Shown: positions 1-8,442 of the stretch, piece after piece
How the letters are laid out: the number at the start of each line of letters is the position of its first letter
How positions within the stretch are numbered: the first letter of the stretch is position 1
Assembly: GCA_965220965.1 (NCBI GenBank)
Contig: OZ244852.1
Location: 960,001-1,024,000, forward strand
Source of the DNA: Candidatus Marinacidobacterium sp.
GTDB lineage: Bacteria; Acidobacteriota; Vicinamibacteria; Marinacidobacterales; Marinacidobacteraceae
Direction: 5' to 3'
DNA: 64,000 nt
Notes under the pieces: generated by a model
The model's database searches: none
Told to the model about the DNA's origin: nothing
Seen by the model: the letters and a program-made list of their open reading frames with translations, nothing else
Made by a program: the position numbers and the translations under genes

Positions 1-65
1 ACCAGGAAGACCGCGACCACCAGGATCGGGGTCAGCGCGATGGCGGCGAGTCCCAGGTCGCCCAT
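1..65 (-). CDS. 5' end of a membrane protein, probably L-lactate permease (partial, runs off the window)
   Basis: Minus-strand ATG at 65 reads MGDLGLAAIALTPILVVAVFL, resembling the LctP N-terminus. A strong SD (AAAGGAAGGA) lies upstream. Not in the ORF track. Confidence 0.5.
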   Translation of the reverse strand, partial: MGDLGLAAIALTPILVVAVFL

Positions 66-116
66 GACGGTCCTTCCTTTCGGGCCGGCCCCCGGCGCTG
101 ACTAGACTCTGGCGGG

Positions 117-1406
117 ATGCCGCGGGCCTCGTTCACTTCGCTGGGTTGTCGACTCAACCACACCGAAGCCGCCGTCTGGGCGGGCCAGTTTGCTGAAAAA
201 GGCTACACGATCACTCCGTGGGGCGAACCGACGAACGTCGCGGTCATCAACACCTGCTCGGTGACGCACCGGGCGGAGGCCCACTGCCGCAACATGGTGC
301 GGCGCGCGCTGCGCCGCTCTCCGGACGCGTTCGTGGTGGTGGCCGGCTGCTATGCGCAGTCCGGGCTCGACGCGCTCCGCGAGATCCCCGGGGTCGACAT
401 GATCGTGGGGGCCGAGTTCAAGGACACCTTCGTCGACTATCTGGACCGGCCCCGCAAGCTCCGCGAGCCGGTCGTGCTTCACTCGGCCCGGATCTCGCGC
501 AACGAGTTCGAGGTCCCGGCGACCGGTCGCTACGACGCGACGCGGGCCAACCTGAAGGTGCAGGACGGCTGCGACTTCTTCTGTTCCTTCTGCATCATCC
601 CGTACACCCGGGGGCGCGAACGAAGCCGCCGGTTCGACGACATCCTGCGGGAAGCCGGCGAGCTGGCGGCCGCCGGCCACCAGGAACTGGTGCTCACCGG
701 CGTGAACATCGGCCGCTACCGGAACCGGGGCCGGACCCTCGCCGATGTCGCGGAGCGGCTCGAAGAGGTGGACGGGGTGCGGCGCGTCCGGATCACCTCG
801 ATCGAGCCCACCACCGTGGAGGATCGCCTCCTCGAACGCATGGCGACGGGCGGCGCGCTCTGCCCCTACCTTCACCTCCCGGTCCAGACCGGGGACGACG
901 AGGTCCTGGCGCGCATGGGGCGCCGCTACACCACCGCCGACTACCGGGACTTCGCGGAGCGGGCGGTGGAGATGGTCCCGGATCTGGGCCTCGGAACGGA
1001 TGTCATCGTGGGGTACCCGGGCGAAACCGACGCGGCGTTCGAGCGGACCTGCGACTTCCTCGGTGACCTGCCGTTCACGTATTACCACGTGTTCAGCTAC
1101 TCGAAGCGCGCCGGGACGCGCGCGGCGGGGCTCTCCGGCCACCTGCCGCCGGAGGTCATCGCGGAGCGCAGCCGGACGCTGCGGGCGCTCTCCGAGGAGC
1201 GCCGCGAGTCGTTCGCCCGCCGCCACCGGGGCGCGACCGTGGAGGTCCTCTTCGAGCAGCAGGACGCCGCCGGGAGGTGGACCGGGCTGACGTCGAACTA
1301 CCTCCGCGTCGGGGTGGTCTCGGACGAAACGCTGACGAACCGGATCCGCAGGGTGCGCGTTACGGGAACCGACGCCGGACTGGCGGTTGGTGGTTTAGCC
1401 GACTGA
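117..1406 (+). CDS. mtaB: tRNA t6A37 methylthiotransferase MtaB (radical SAM)
   Basis: LGCRLN and INTCSVT UPF0004 motifs, KVQDGCDFFCSFC radical SAM motif, LTGVNIG, and a C-terminal GLTSNYLRV typical of MtaB. Confidence 0.9.
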   Translation: MPRASFTSLGCRLNHTEAAVWAGQFAEKGYTITPWGEPTNVAVINTCSVTHRAEAHCRNMVRRALRRSPDAFVVVAGCYAQSGLDALREIPGVDMIVGAEFKDTFVDYLDRPRKLREPVVLHSARISRNEFEVPATGRYDATRANLKVQDGCDFFCSFCIIPYTRGRERSRRFDDILREAGELAAAGHQELVLTGVNIGRYRNRGRTLADVAERLEEVDGVRRVRITSIEPTTVEDRLLERMATGGALCPYLHLPVQTGDDEVLARMGRRYTTADYRDFAERAVEMVPDLGLGTDVIVGYPGETDAAFERTCDFLGDLPFTYYHVFSYSKRAGTRAAGLSGHLPPEVIAERSRTLRALSEERRESFARRHRGATVEVLFEQQDAAGRWTGLTSNYLRVGVVSDETLTNRIRRVRVTGTDAGLAVGGLAD

Positions 1407-1449
1407 CCGGCGCGCCGCGCCGGCGACGCATGGGTGTACCTTGGTCCCC

Positions 1450-1986
1450 ATGCGTGCTTCAAGAGTCCTCGGTTTGTCCGTCCTCCTCGTCAGCCTGATG
1501 GCCGCCGCCCCGGTGATGGCGGAGGAGGCGCCGCCCCTCCAGCGTCCGGGCGCCAGTTCTCCCGGTGGAGGCCTCGGCGTCGATGCGACCCTCGTCTTCC
1601 TCTACTACCGCGACATGGACCGGGCGGAAGCGTTCTACGGAGGGGTTCTCGGGCTGGATCTCGTCGTCGAGCAGGCGTTCGCGACGATCTACCAGATCTC
1701 CCCCACGTCGTTCGTCGGGCTGGTGGACGAGTCGCGCGGCATGCATCGCTCCAGCGAGGCCAAGCCGGTCACGCTCTCGTTCATTACGGACGAAGTGGAC
1801 GAGTGGTACGAGTACCTGGTCAGCCAGGGCGTGGAGATGCGGGGGCCGGTCCGCGACTCGGCGAACCATCCCACCCGCAACTTCGTGGCCTATGACCCGG
1901 AGGGGTATTACCTCGAGTTCGAGACGTTCCTCGACGACCCGGAGAACGAACGCCTGCTCCGCGCCCTCGACGCCGTCCGGCGCTGA
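1450..1986 (+). CDS. Secreted VOC/glyoxalase-family protein
   Basis: Signal peptide MRASRVLGLSVLLVSLMAAAPVMA. VOC motifs DMDRAEAFYGGVLGL, TDEVDEWYEYL and YDPEGYYLEF. Start placed at ATG 1450, 7 nt after TACCTT. Confidence 0.75.
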   Translation: MRASRVLGLSVLLVSLMAAAPVMAEEAPPLQRPGASSPGGGLGVDATLVFLYYRDMDRAEAFYGGVLGLDLVVEQAFATIYQISPTSFVGLVDESRGMHRSSEAKPVTLSFITDEVDEWYEYLVSQGVEMRGPVRDSANHPTRNFVAYDPEGYYLEFETFLDDPENERLLRALDAVRR

Positions 1987-2004
1987 GTCGCCCGCGAGCG
2001 GCGG

Positions 2005-2910
2005 TCAGTAACGCCGCGGCGGAAGCGGCGCGCCGGTGAGGCGTTCGTAGATCGAGAGAAAGCGCTCGGTCGTGCCCCGGACGACCTCCGCCGGCAGGTG
2101 GGGCGGCGGCGGCTCCTTGTTCCAGTCGAGCGTCTCCAGGTAGTCGCGCACGAACTGCTTGTCGAAGCTCTCCTGGTTCTTCCCGGGGGCGTAGTCGTCC
2201 GCGGGCCAGAACCGCGACGAATCAGGAGTGAGCACCTCGTCGATCAGGTAGAGCTCGCCGTCCTCGTCCTGGCCGAACTCGAACTTGGTGTCGGCGATGA
2301 TGATGCCGCGCTTCGCCGCCCACTCGACCCCGTTCTGGTAGATCTGGCGCGAGATCGAGTGCAGGCGCGTCGTGAGTTCGCGACCCACCGAGTCCGCCAT
2401 CGTGTCCTCGCTGACGTTGATGTCGTGGCCGTCGGTGGCCTTGGTGGCGGGGGTGAAGAGCGGCTCCGGAAAACGCTCGGCGAGCTCCATCCCCGGCGGC
2501 AGCGAGATCCCGCAGACGCTTCCCTCGCGGCGGTACTCCTTCCAGCCCGACCCGTAGAGGAACCCGCGCATCACGCACTCGAAGGGAACCGGCTTCAGCT
2601 TCCGCACCAGCATGGAGCGGCCCTCGAGAACCGCCTTCGCCGGGGCGAGCGCCTCCGGGTACTCGTCGACATCGTCGGTGATCAGGTGGTTCCGCACGAT
2701 GTCGGTCGTGCGGCGAAGCCAGAAGCCGCTGATGCTGTTCAGTACCCGTCCCTTCTCGGGGATCCCCTCGGGAAGGACCACATCGAAGGCCGAGACCCGG
2801 TCGGACGTCACCAGGAGAAGGTCGTCCCCCACCTGGTAGATGTCGCGGACCTTGCCGCGGGAGAGGAGGGTGGCGCCTTCGAGGGAGGTCTGCAGGACTG
2901 CTTCGGACAT
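2005..2910 (-). CDS. purC: SAICAR synthase
   Basis: GKVRDIY, SDRVSAFD, IIADTKFEFG, DEVLTPDSSRFW and SFDKQFVRD motifs. Confidence 0.97.
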   Translation of the reverse strand: MSEAVLQTSLEGATLLSRGKVRDIYQVGDDLLLVTSDRVSAFDVVLPEGIPEKGRVLNSISGFWLRRTTDIVRNHLITDDVDEYPEALAPAKAVLEGRSMLVRKLKPVPFECVMRGFLYGSGWKEYRREGSVCGISLPPGMELAERFPEPLFTPATKATDGHDINVSEDTMADSVGRELTTRLHSISRQIYQNGVEWAAKRGIIIADTKFEFGQDEDGELYLIDEVLTPDSSRFWPADDYAPGKNQESFDKQFVRDYLETLDWNKEPPPPHLPAEVVRGTTERFLSIYERLTGAPLPPRRY

Positions 2911-2920
2911 CCGCCGAATT

Positions 2921-3844
2921 CTACGGACGGACGGCCGCTTCCTGAATCTCTTCCCGTGGTCCGGACCGCGTCAGACTGACCTCGCCTCCGCCGCCGGCGC
3001 GCAGCCGGATTTCGGCGCCGGGCCGATCCCCCATCGAAGCGAACCGGAGCACCGCCCGGCGCAACCAGATCGCCCGTCCCTCGTCTTCGTCTTCGTCGCC
3101 GACCGCCGAGATCCGGGCGGGCCATCCGGCCGGCAGCGTGAGCCGGATGGATCCGTCGGCGGACCGCAGCTCCCAGACTCCTTCGGGCGCCGGCCGGGCG
3201 GACGGCGCCACCTCGACCCGGACCTGGCCGTCGCCGGTCACCGCGTGGACCTGCGCCAGAGCGCCCGAGAGTTGGATCCGGCCATCGCCGGTCTCCGCGT
3301 GGAACCGTCCGGTCAGGTCGCTCCCCTCGATGCGCCCGCGCGCCGTCCGCAGTCGCGCCGGTTCGGCCTCGGCGCGCACCGACTCGGCCACGATGCGCCC
3401 CTCGGCGGTCCAGGCGTTCACGGCGCCGGTCAGTCCCACCAGCCGAACCCGTCCCTCCCCGGTGCGAACCGATACCGGGGCGCCCGCCGGGACCGCCAGG
3501 GTCACCTGGAGCGCGGTCGACTCGCCGAGCCGGAAGGCCCCGGCGCCAAGGTCGCGACCGCGTACGACGAGCCGGCCGGACGCCGCGGCGGCCGCGTCCA
3601 CCCGCAGCGCGTCCAGCGCGGACGCCGCCGCGTCCCGGGACAGGGCGTTGGCCGAACGCTCGATCCCGATCTCCACATCGGATCCGGCGTGCTCGCGGAC
3701 CTCGACCGTTCCCCGATCCAGCCGCACCTCGACGCCGGCGCCCGGCGCCCGCCGGAGCGTTTCGAGCGAGGACTCGCGGATGGGCTGGATGCAGCCCGCG
3801 GCCGCCGCCACGAGCGGAACGAGGGTCAGCTTCCAGACGTTCAC
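2921..3844 (-). CDS. DUF4097 (toastrack) beta-repeat lipoprotein
   Basis: Lipobox AAAGC and repeated xTxxGxI/V units (RTGEGRV, WTAEGRI, ETGDGRI, VTGDGQV, RSADGSI). GTGA-coupled to the upstream gene. Confidence 0.75.
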   Translation of the reverse strand: MNVWKLTLVPLVAAAAGCIQPIRESSLETLRRAPGAGVEVRLDRGTVEVREHAGSDVEIGIERSANALSRDAAASALDALRVDAAAAASGRLVVRGRDLGAGAFRLGESTALQVTLAVPAGAPVSVRTGEGRVRLVGLTGAVNAWTAEGRIVAESVRAEAEPARLRTARGRIEGSDLTGRFHAETGDGRIQLSGALAQVHAVTGDGQVRVEVAPSARPAPEGVWELRSADGSIRLTLPAGWPARISAVGDEDEDEGRAIWLRRAVLRFASMGDRPGAEIRLRAGGGGEVSLTRSGPREEIQEAAVRP

Positions 3845-5613
3845 GCCCCGCCCTCGCCGCCGGGAATCGCGCGGACGTCGGGTGCTCCACCCGGAGCGGG
3901 TTCGCGGTCTTCCGAGGCCAGGATCCGGACGTCTCCGCCCGCCGTCGTGAGGCGCACGAGGGGTCCGCCAGTCCCGACACTCGCCGTCGCGGTGTTCGCG
4001 TCGGCGGTGCGATCCAGCTCGAAGTCGCTCTCCACCGTTCCCTCGCCGGACGCCACTTCGAGTTCGAAGGCGCTTCCCCGCGCCACCTCGAGCCGGATGC
4101 CCCCCCGCGCGCTGGAGACCGACACGTCGTCATCCACGCTCGTCAGCGAGACCCCGAGCGCGCCGTCCCCACCTTCGATCCGCAGCGGCCCTCGGGCGCG
4201 CTCCACGAAGAGATCGCCGTCGCCCACCGACAGGAACGCCTCGCCACCCAGTCGCGACGCGAACGCGTCCCCGCCTTCCGTCACCGCCTCGAGCGGGCCA
4301 TCGACCCCTTCCACCAGCAGGCCCTCCGCGCCGGAATGGAGGCTGACATCGGCGGCGGCGTCCCGGACCTCGAGGAACGCGTCCGTTCCCCGAACCTCGA
4401 GGGTCCCCTCGATCTCTTCGACCAGCACCGGACCGTACGCGGAACGCACCCACGCCGGGCCCCCGATCCGGCGCAGCGCGACCGGGCCGATCTCGTTGTT
4501 CACCCGGACCTCGCCCGCCGCGTCGGTCACGTTCACCGAACCGCCCCGGCCCTCGACGGTGACCGACCCGGCGACGCCTTCCGCCCACACCGGCGACCCC
4601 TCGGACTCGATCGACACCGTCCCCGCGGCGGCGACCACTTCGACGGCCGAACGTCGGGCGCGAATCCGGACCGGCCCTCCGAGTTCCGCGCCGAGGACCG
4701 ACCCGTCGCGAGCGGTGAGCTGCGCCTCGCCCATCGTTCCGCGGACCTCGAGCGGGCCGTGCGCGGTCTCGGCGGAAACCCGCGCGAAGGGACCTTCGAC
4801 CCGGACCGCTCCCTGGCCACTCACCACCGAGATCCCGACTTCCGGGGGCGCCTCGACCTCCAGATCGAACGCCACGTCGAAATCGCCGGGATCGTCAACG
4901 GTGATCAGGAGCCGCTCCGGGTTCCCTCCGCTGCCCACCGGCCCGGTCACCAGCCGGACCTGGCCGGCGCGCTCCTCGGCGAGCGCCGCCGTCGCCGCCC
5001 AGACGCGCTTCGTCAGGGTGAGCCGCGTCGCCGGCGCCGGGCTGGCGGGCGGAGTCTCGCCGGGGGCTGTCCCGGAGGAGGCGCGCACCAGGACGCCTCC
5101 CGCCTCGAGACGCACCGCAAGCTCCGTGACCCCGGCGGGAAGCGGAACGGTCCGCTCGATCACGAAGCCGTGCTGGGGCAGGGGCTCCGCCTGCTGATGG
5201 GCCCAGCGGCGGACTTCCTCGAAGCGGGACGCCAGGCCCTGGCGTTCGATCGCCCACCGCGCGGTCGAGAGTCCCAGCCCGGCGAGCAGGACCAGGATCA
5301 GGAGCACCGCCTCGAGGCAGCCGAACCGGGCGCGTCCGGTGACCAGCCGCTGGGCGACCTTGGCGACTCCCCACACGATGAGGACCGCGGGCCACCAGAC
5401 CGCGAGGACCGGAACCAGATCGAGGAACCCCAGCGCGAGCCGGGACCCGTAGACGTTCACCGCGAGCGCGGTGGCGCCGATGGCGATGAGGAGAACGCCG
5501 AATGCGGTCGCGCAGCCGGCGCCCCGGCGAGGCGTCGGGTCGGTGGGCTGGCCAGGTTCCGGCGTCGACTGCTCGAAACCGGGATCCGTACCGGGATCCA
5601 TCAGGGATTCCAC
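3841..5613 (-). CDS. Membrane protein with N-terminal DUF5668/LiaF-like TM region and C-terminal DUF4097 beta-repeats
   Basis: GVLLIAIG and WWPAVLIVWG TM motifs, then many T/SxxGxV repeats ending LTTAGGDVRI. Confidence 0.75.
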   Translation of the reverse strand: MESLMDPGTDPGFEQSTPEPGQPTDPTPRRGAGCATAFGVLLIAIGATALAVNVYGSRLALGFLDLVPVLAVWWPAVLIVWGVAKVAQRLVTGRARFGCLEAVLLILVLLAGLGLSTARWAIERQGLASRFEEVRRWAHQQAEPLPQHGFVIERTVPLPAGVTELAVRLEAGGVLVRASSGTAPGETPPASPAPATRLTLTKRVWAATAALAEERAGQVRLVTGPVGSGGNPERLLITVDDPGDFDVAFDLEVEAPPEVGISVVSGQGAVRVEGPFARVSAETAHGPLEVRGTMGEAQLTARDGSVLGAELGGPVRIRARRSAVEVVAAAGTVSIESEGSPVWAEGVAGSVTVEGRGGSVNVTDAAGEVRVNNEIGPVALRRIGGPAWVRSAYGPVLVEEIEGTLEVRGTDAFLEVRDAAADVSLHSGAEGLLVEGVDGPLEAVTEGGDAFASRLGGEAFLSVGDGDLFVERARGPLRIEGGDGALGVSLTSVDDDVSVSSARGGIRLEVARGSAFELEVASGEGTVESDFELDRTADANTATASVGTGGPLVRLTTAGGDVRILASEDREPAPGGAPDVRAIPGGEGGA

Positions 5614-5640
5614 TGACGAGGGACTCCGGCGACGAAGCCT

Positions 5641-5862
5641 TCAGGGGCCCGGCGGCGGAGGCGGAGGCGAGGGAGCGCGGCGCCGGCTTTCCACGACCAT
5701 CTTGACTCCGATCGCGATGAGAAGCACGGGCCACAGGTCGACCAGATAACGGATCAGGACCCCGATCTCGAGAATGTTCAGGGTGGAAAGGAGGAACAGG
5801 ACGCCGATCAGGATCAGGATGATCCCGGGGATGCTGAGTTGCTTCTTCGTTTCCGTGGTCAT
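5641..5862 (-). CDS. Small DUF5668/LiaI-LiaF-like two-TM protein
   Basis: MTTETKKQLSIPGIILILIGVLFLL...LWPVLLIAIG. ATG 5862 overlaps the upstream stop (ATGA). Confidence 0.75.
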   Translation of the reverse strand: MTTETKKQLSIPGIILILIGVLFLLSTLNILEIGVLIRYLVDLWPVLLIAIGVKMVVESRRRAPSPPPPPPGP

Positions 5863-6464
5863 GAGTCCTGCTCCCCAGCCTCCGGGGTCCGGCGCGCCGG
5901 GGCGGTGGTCTTCGGCGGCGGCGGTTTCGAAGGGGGCGCCGGGGGAGTCGCGTCGGCTGCGGCGGGAGGAGGATCGGGAGGCGCGGCCGGCGATGCGTCG
6001 CCCTTCTCCGACTTGCCCGACGCCCGCCGGCCGAGGTTGCGAAGGCCGGAAAGGTCCGGCGCGATGGGCTCGCCGCGAAGCATCCGCCAGCCGGCCCAGA
6101 CCAGCAGGAGCGGCCACAGCCTCAGGATCCACGCCAGGTCCTCGAAGAGTGACAGGGTGGCGACCACCCCCGCGAGGATGAGGCCGGCGGCCCAGCGGTC
6201 ATCGAGCCCAACGGCCGGAGTCCGCCCGGCGGCTCGGGCCCGCACCATCTCCTCGGTCACGCGGACGGCGTCCACGATCCCGAACACCCAGAGGAGCGGC
6301 AGCGCCGGCGCCGCGAGTCCGCCGGCGTAGTTGGTCGCGGCCTGAATGAAGGCGAAGAAGGCGGCGGCGAGCGCGACGCCGCGGGAGCTCGCCCCCGCAT
6401 ACAGGTGGCCCAGTCCCGGGAGGACGACGGAGAGGACCCCGGCGATCACTGGAGAACGATTCAC
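5859..6464 (-). CDS. Membrane protein (PxxAxxLSxxxPGLGHLY motif plus DUF5668-like helix pair)
   Basis: VNRSPVIAGVLSVVLPGLGHLYAG and LWPLLLVWAG. GTG 6464 overlaps the upstream stop (GTGA). Confidence 0.7.
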   Translation of the reverse strand: MNRSPVIAGVLSVVLPGLGHLYAGASSRGVALAAAFFAFIQAATNYAGGLAAPALPLLWVFGIVDAVRVTEEMVRARAAGRTPAVGLDDRWAAGLILAGVVATLSLFEDLAWILRLWPLLLVWAGWRMLRGEPIAPDLSGLRNLGRRASGKSEKGDASPAAPPDPPPAAADATPPAPPSKPPPPKTTAPARRTPEAGEQDS

Positions 6465-7036
6465 GGCGCGACTCCTTCCGGCGCCGGATCGGCGCCCGTC
6501 GGCGCGGCGTCCCCGCCAGCCGGCCCTCGCGTGACTCTGTCGAAGTCGCGGAGCCGGTCGCCGAGCTGGTCCACGCGGTCCTCGAAGGCGACGCCCATGG
6601 AGGCCCGGAGCACATCGAAGTCCCGCCGGGCGCGGCCGGTGTGGCGCGCGGCGGCCTGTCGAAGTCCGGTGACCGCCTCGGAGGCCGTCGGCAGGCCCGC
6701 CGCGATGTCCCGAACCGGACCCGGCTGGACGATGCCGATGATCAGGACCGCGGCGGCCGCCGCCAGCCACGTTGGCCAATAGGACACGCCCCGCCGGTAG
6801 AGCTGATGGAACCGGGGGAGCGTGGCGGCCAGGACGCGCTCTTCCAGATCGGGCGGCGCCTCGGGGACGCCCGCCCGGTAATCCCGGAGCGCGCGATGGA
6901 CTCTCCGCAGTTCGCCGTAGCGGCGAGCCAGGGCGGGGTCGCGGGCGAGCTCCTTGCGGACGGCGGCCGCCTCCGCGCCCTCGAGTTCGCCCGCGGCGAG
7001 CGCGGAGACCCGTCCGGCGGTGAAGGGATCGATCAC
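6461..7036 (-). CDS. Putative membrane anti-sigma factor
   Basis: Directly downstream of the ECF sigma (GTGA overlap). SALAAGELEGAEAAAVRKEL ASD-like start, PPDLEERVLA linker, one TM (WLAAAAAVLIIGIV). Confidence 0.75.
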   Translation of the reverse strand: MIDPFTAGRVSALAAGELEGAEAAAVRKELARDPALARRYGELRRVHRALRDYRAGVPEAPPDLEERVLAATLPRFHQLYRRGVSYWPTWLAAAAAVLIIGIVQPGPVRDIAAGLPTASEAVTGLRQAAARHTGRARRDFDVLRASMGVAFEDRVDQLGDRLRDFDRVTRGPAGGDAAPTGADPAPEGVAP

Positions 7037-7650
7037 GGGGACACCCCCCGGCGTTGACGCGGGGTCGCGCTCTGCGCCGGAACGCGGCCGGCGGCGGCCG
7101 CCCGGCGCGCGGTGGCGAGCAGGCCTCGCCCGCGGTGGATGCGGGACTTCACCGTGCCGAGCGGGATGCCGAGGCGCTCCGCGATCTCGGGATAGTCGAG
7201 ATCCATCAGGTCGCGAAGCATGACCGGCTCGCCGAGTTCGGGCGGAAGCTGATCGAGCAGCCGGCGCACCAGCGCCGCCTCCTCCCGTCGTTCCGCGATC
7301 GTCTCCGGGTTCCACGACGCCGGGGCCGGGAACTCGGGCGCATCCTCCTCCGCAACAAATCCGGGCGTGCGGGCGCGCCGGCGGTAGTGGTCGATGCCCG
7401 CGTTCGTGGCGACCCGCCGGATCCAGGCCCCGAGGGCGCCCGATGGGTCGTAGGACGGAAGCACGGTCAGCAGGCGCATGAAGATGTCCTGGGTGAGCTC
7501 ATCGGCGTCCTCTGGCGTCGCCGAGAACCGGTAGGCGATGCCCCAGATGGGCTTGCGGAACCGGGCCACGAACATGCGCCAGGCCTCGCTTCTTCCGGCG
7601 GCGCATTGGTCAACGAGTTCGGCATCGGAGAGTTCGGCCGGGGAGAGCAA
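7033..7650 (-). CDS. ECF-family RNA polymerase sigma factor
   Basis: DADELTQDIFMR (region 2), AWIRRVATN, and LDYPEIAERLGIPLGTVKSRIHRGR (region 4). Confidence 0.93.
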   Translation of the reverse strand: MLSPAELSDAELVDQCAAGRSEAWRMFVARFRKPIWGIAYRFSATPEDADELTQDIFMRLLTVLPSYDPSGALGAWIRRVATNAGIDHYRRRARTPGFVAEEDAPEFPAPASWNPETIAERREEAALVRRLLDQLPPELGEPVMLRDLMDLDYPEIAERLGIPLGTVKSRIHRGRGLLATARRAAAAGRVPAQSATPRQRRGVSP

Positions 7651-7689
7651 GGGGGTCGCTGTCGGTTTCTCCCGACGGTCTCCTCCATG

Positions 7690-7719
7690 TTTACGGGATC
7701 CGGAGCATCCCGGTTCTCC
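7690..7719 (-). promoter_or_regulatory. Candidate ECF-type autoregulatory promoter
   Basis: Minus strand reads GGAGAAC-N17-CGTAAA about 40 nt upstream of the ECF sigma start, matching the common AAC...CGT ECF consensus. Confidence 0.6.
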
Positions 7720-7932
7720 GGGGAGGGCTGGAGCGGTCCGTTGATGAAGTCCCGTGCAGCGCCGAGAGCGGTGAGGCGCCCGGCCGACAAGGCGCGTGAG
7801 CGAGGAATATCGGGAATATTCCGAGCGAAACGGAACGATGAGCGCCCCGGAGGGGCGCGGTTCGGCCGGGATGAATCGCCGCTCGAGCCCCTACCGGGAG
7901 AACCGGGCCGCGTGACTTCGTCAACGGGCTGC

Positions 7933-8424
7933 TTACCTCTTCCGGGGTCGCTTCGCCGGGGTCGAGCCCGGGGCGCGCCGGTCGAGCAGAGAGCGGATCT
8001 CGGTGACGAAGTCGTTCGTGTCCTGGAAGTCGCGGTAGACCGAGGCGAAACGCACATAGGCCACGTGGTCCTCGCGTTTCAGGGCTTCCATCACCAGCTC
8101 GCCGATCGTTGCGGTGGCGAGCTCCCGCTCCGGGCTGTGACCGACCCGGCGCTCCACATCGTCGCCGATGGCCAGGATCCTCGCCTCCGCGATCCGCGCG
8201 CCGCAGGCCTGGCGAATGCCGCCAAGCACCTTGTCACGGTCGAACCCCTCGCGCGAGCCGTCCTTCTTGACCACCATGAGCGGCACTTCCTCGACCGTCT
8301 CGTAGCTGGTGAACCGGCGCGCGCAGCGGGTGCATTCCCTGCGCCGGCGGATCACCGCCCCCTCCCGGCTCTCCCGGGAGTCCACGACGCGGTCCTCTCC
8401 GTGTCCACACCAGGGGCATTTCAC
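7933..8424 (-). CDS. nrdR: Transcriptional repressor NrdR
   Basis: CPWCGH...RRRRECTRC Zn ribbon, ATP-cone VVKKDG, and AYVRFASVYRDF. Confidence 0.97.
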   Translation of the reverse strand: MKCPWCGHGEDRVVDSRESREGAVIRRRRECTRCARRFTSYETVEEVPLMVVKKDGSREGFDRDKVLGGIRQACGARIAEARILAIGDDVERRVGHSPERELATATIGELVMEALKREDHVAYVRFASVYRDFQDTNDFVTEIRSLLDRRAPGSTPAKRPRKR

Positions 8425-8442
8425 CGCTTCGGCTCCACGGGG

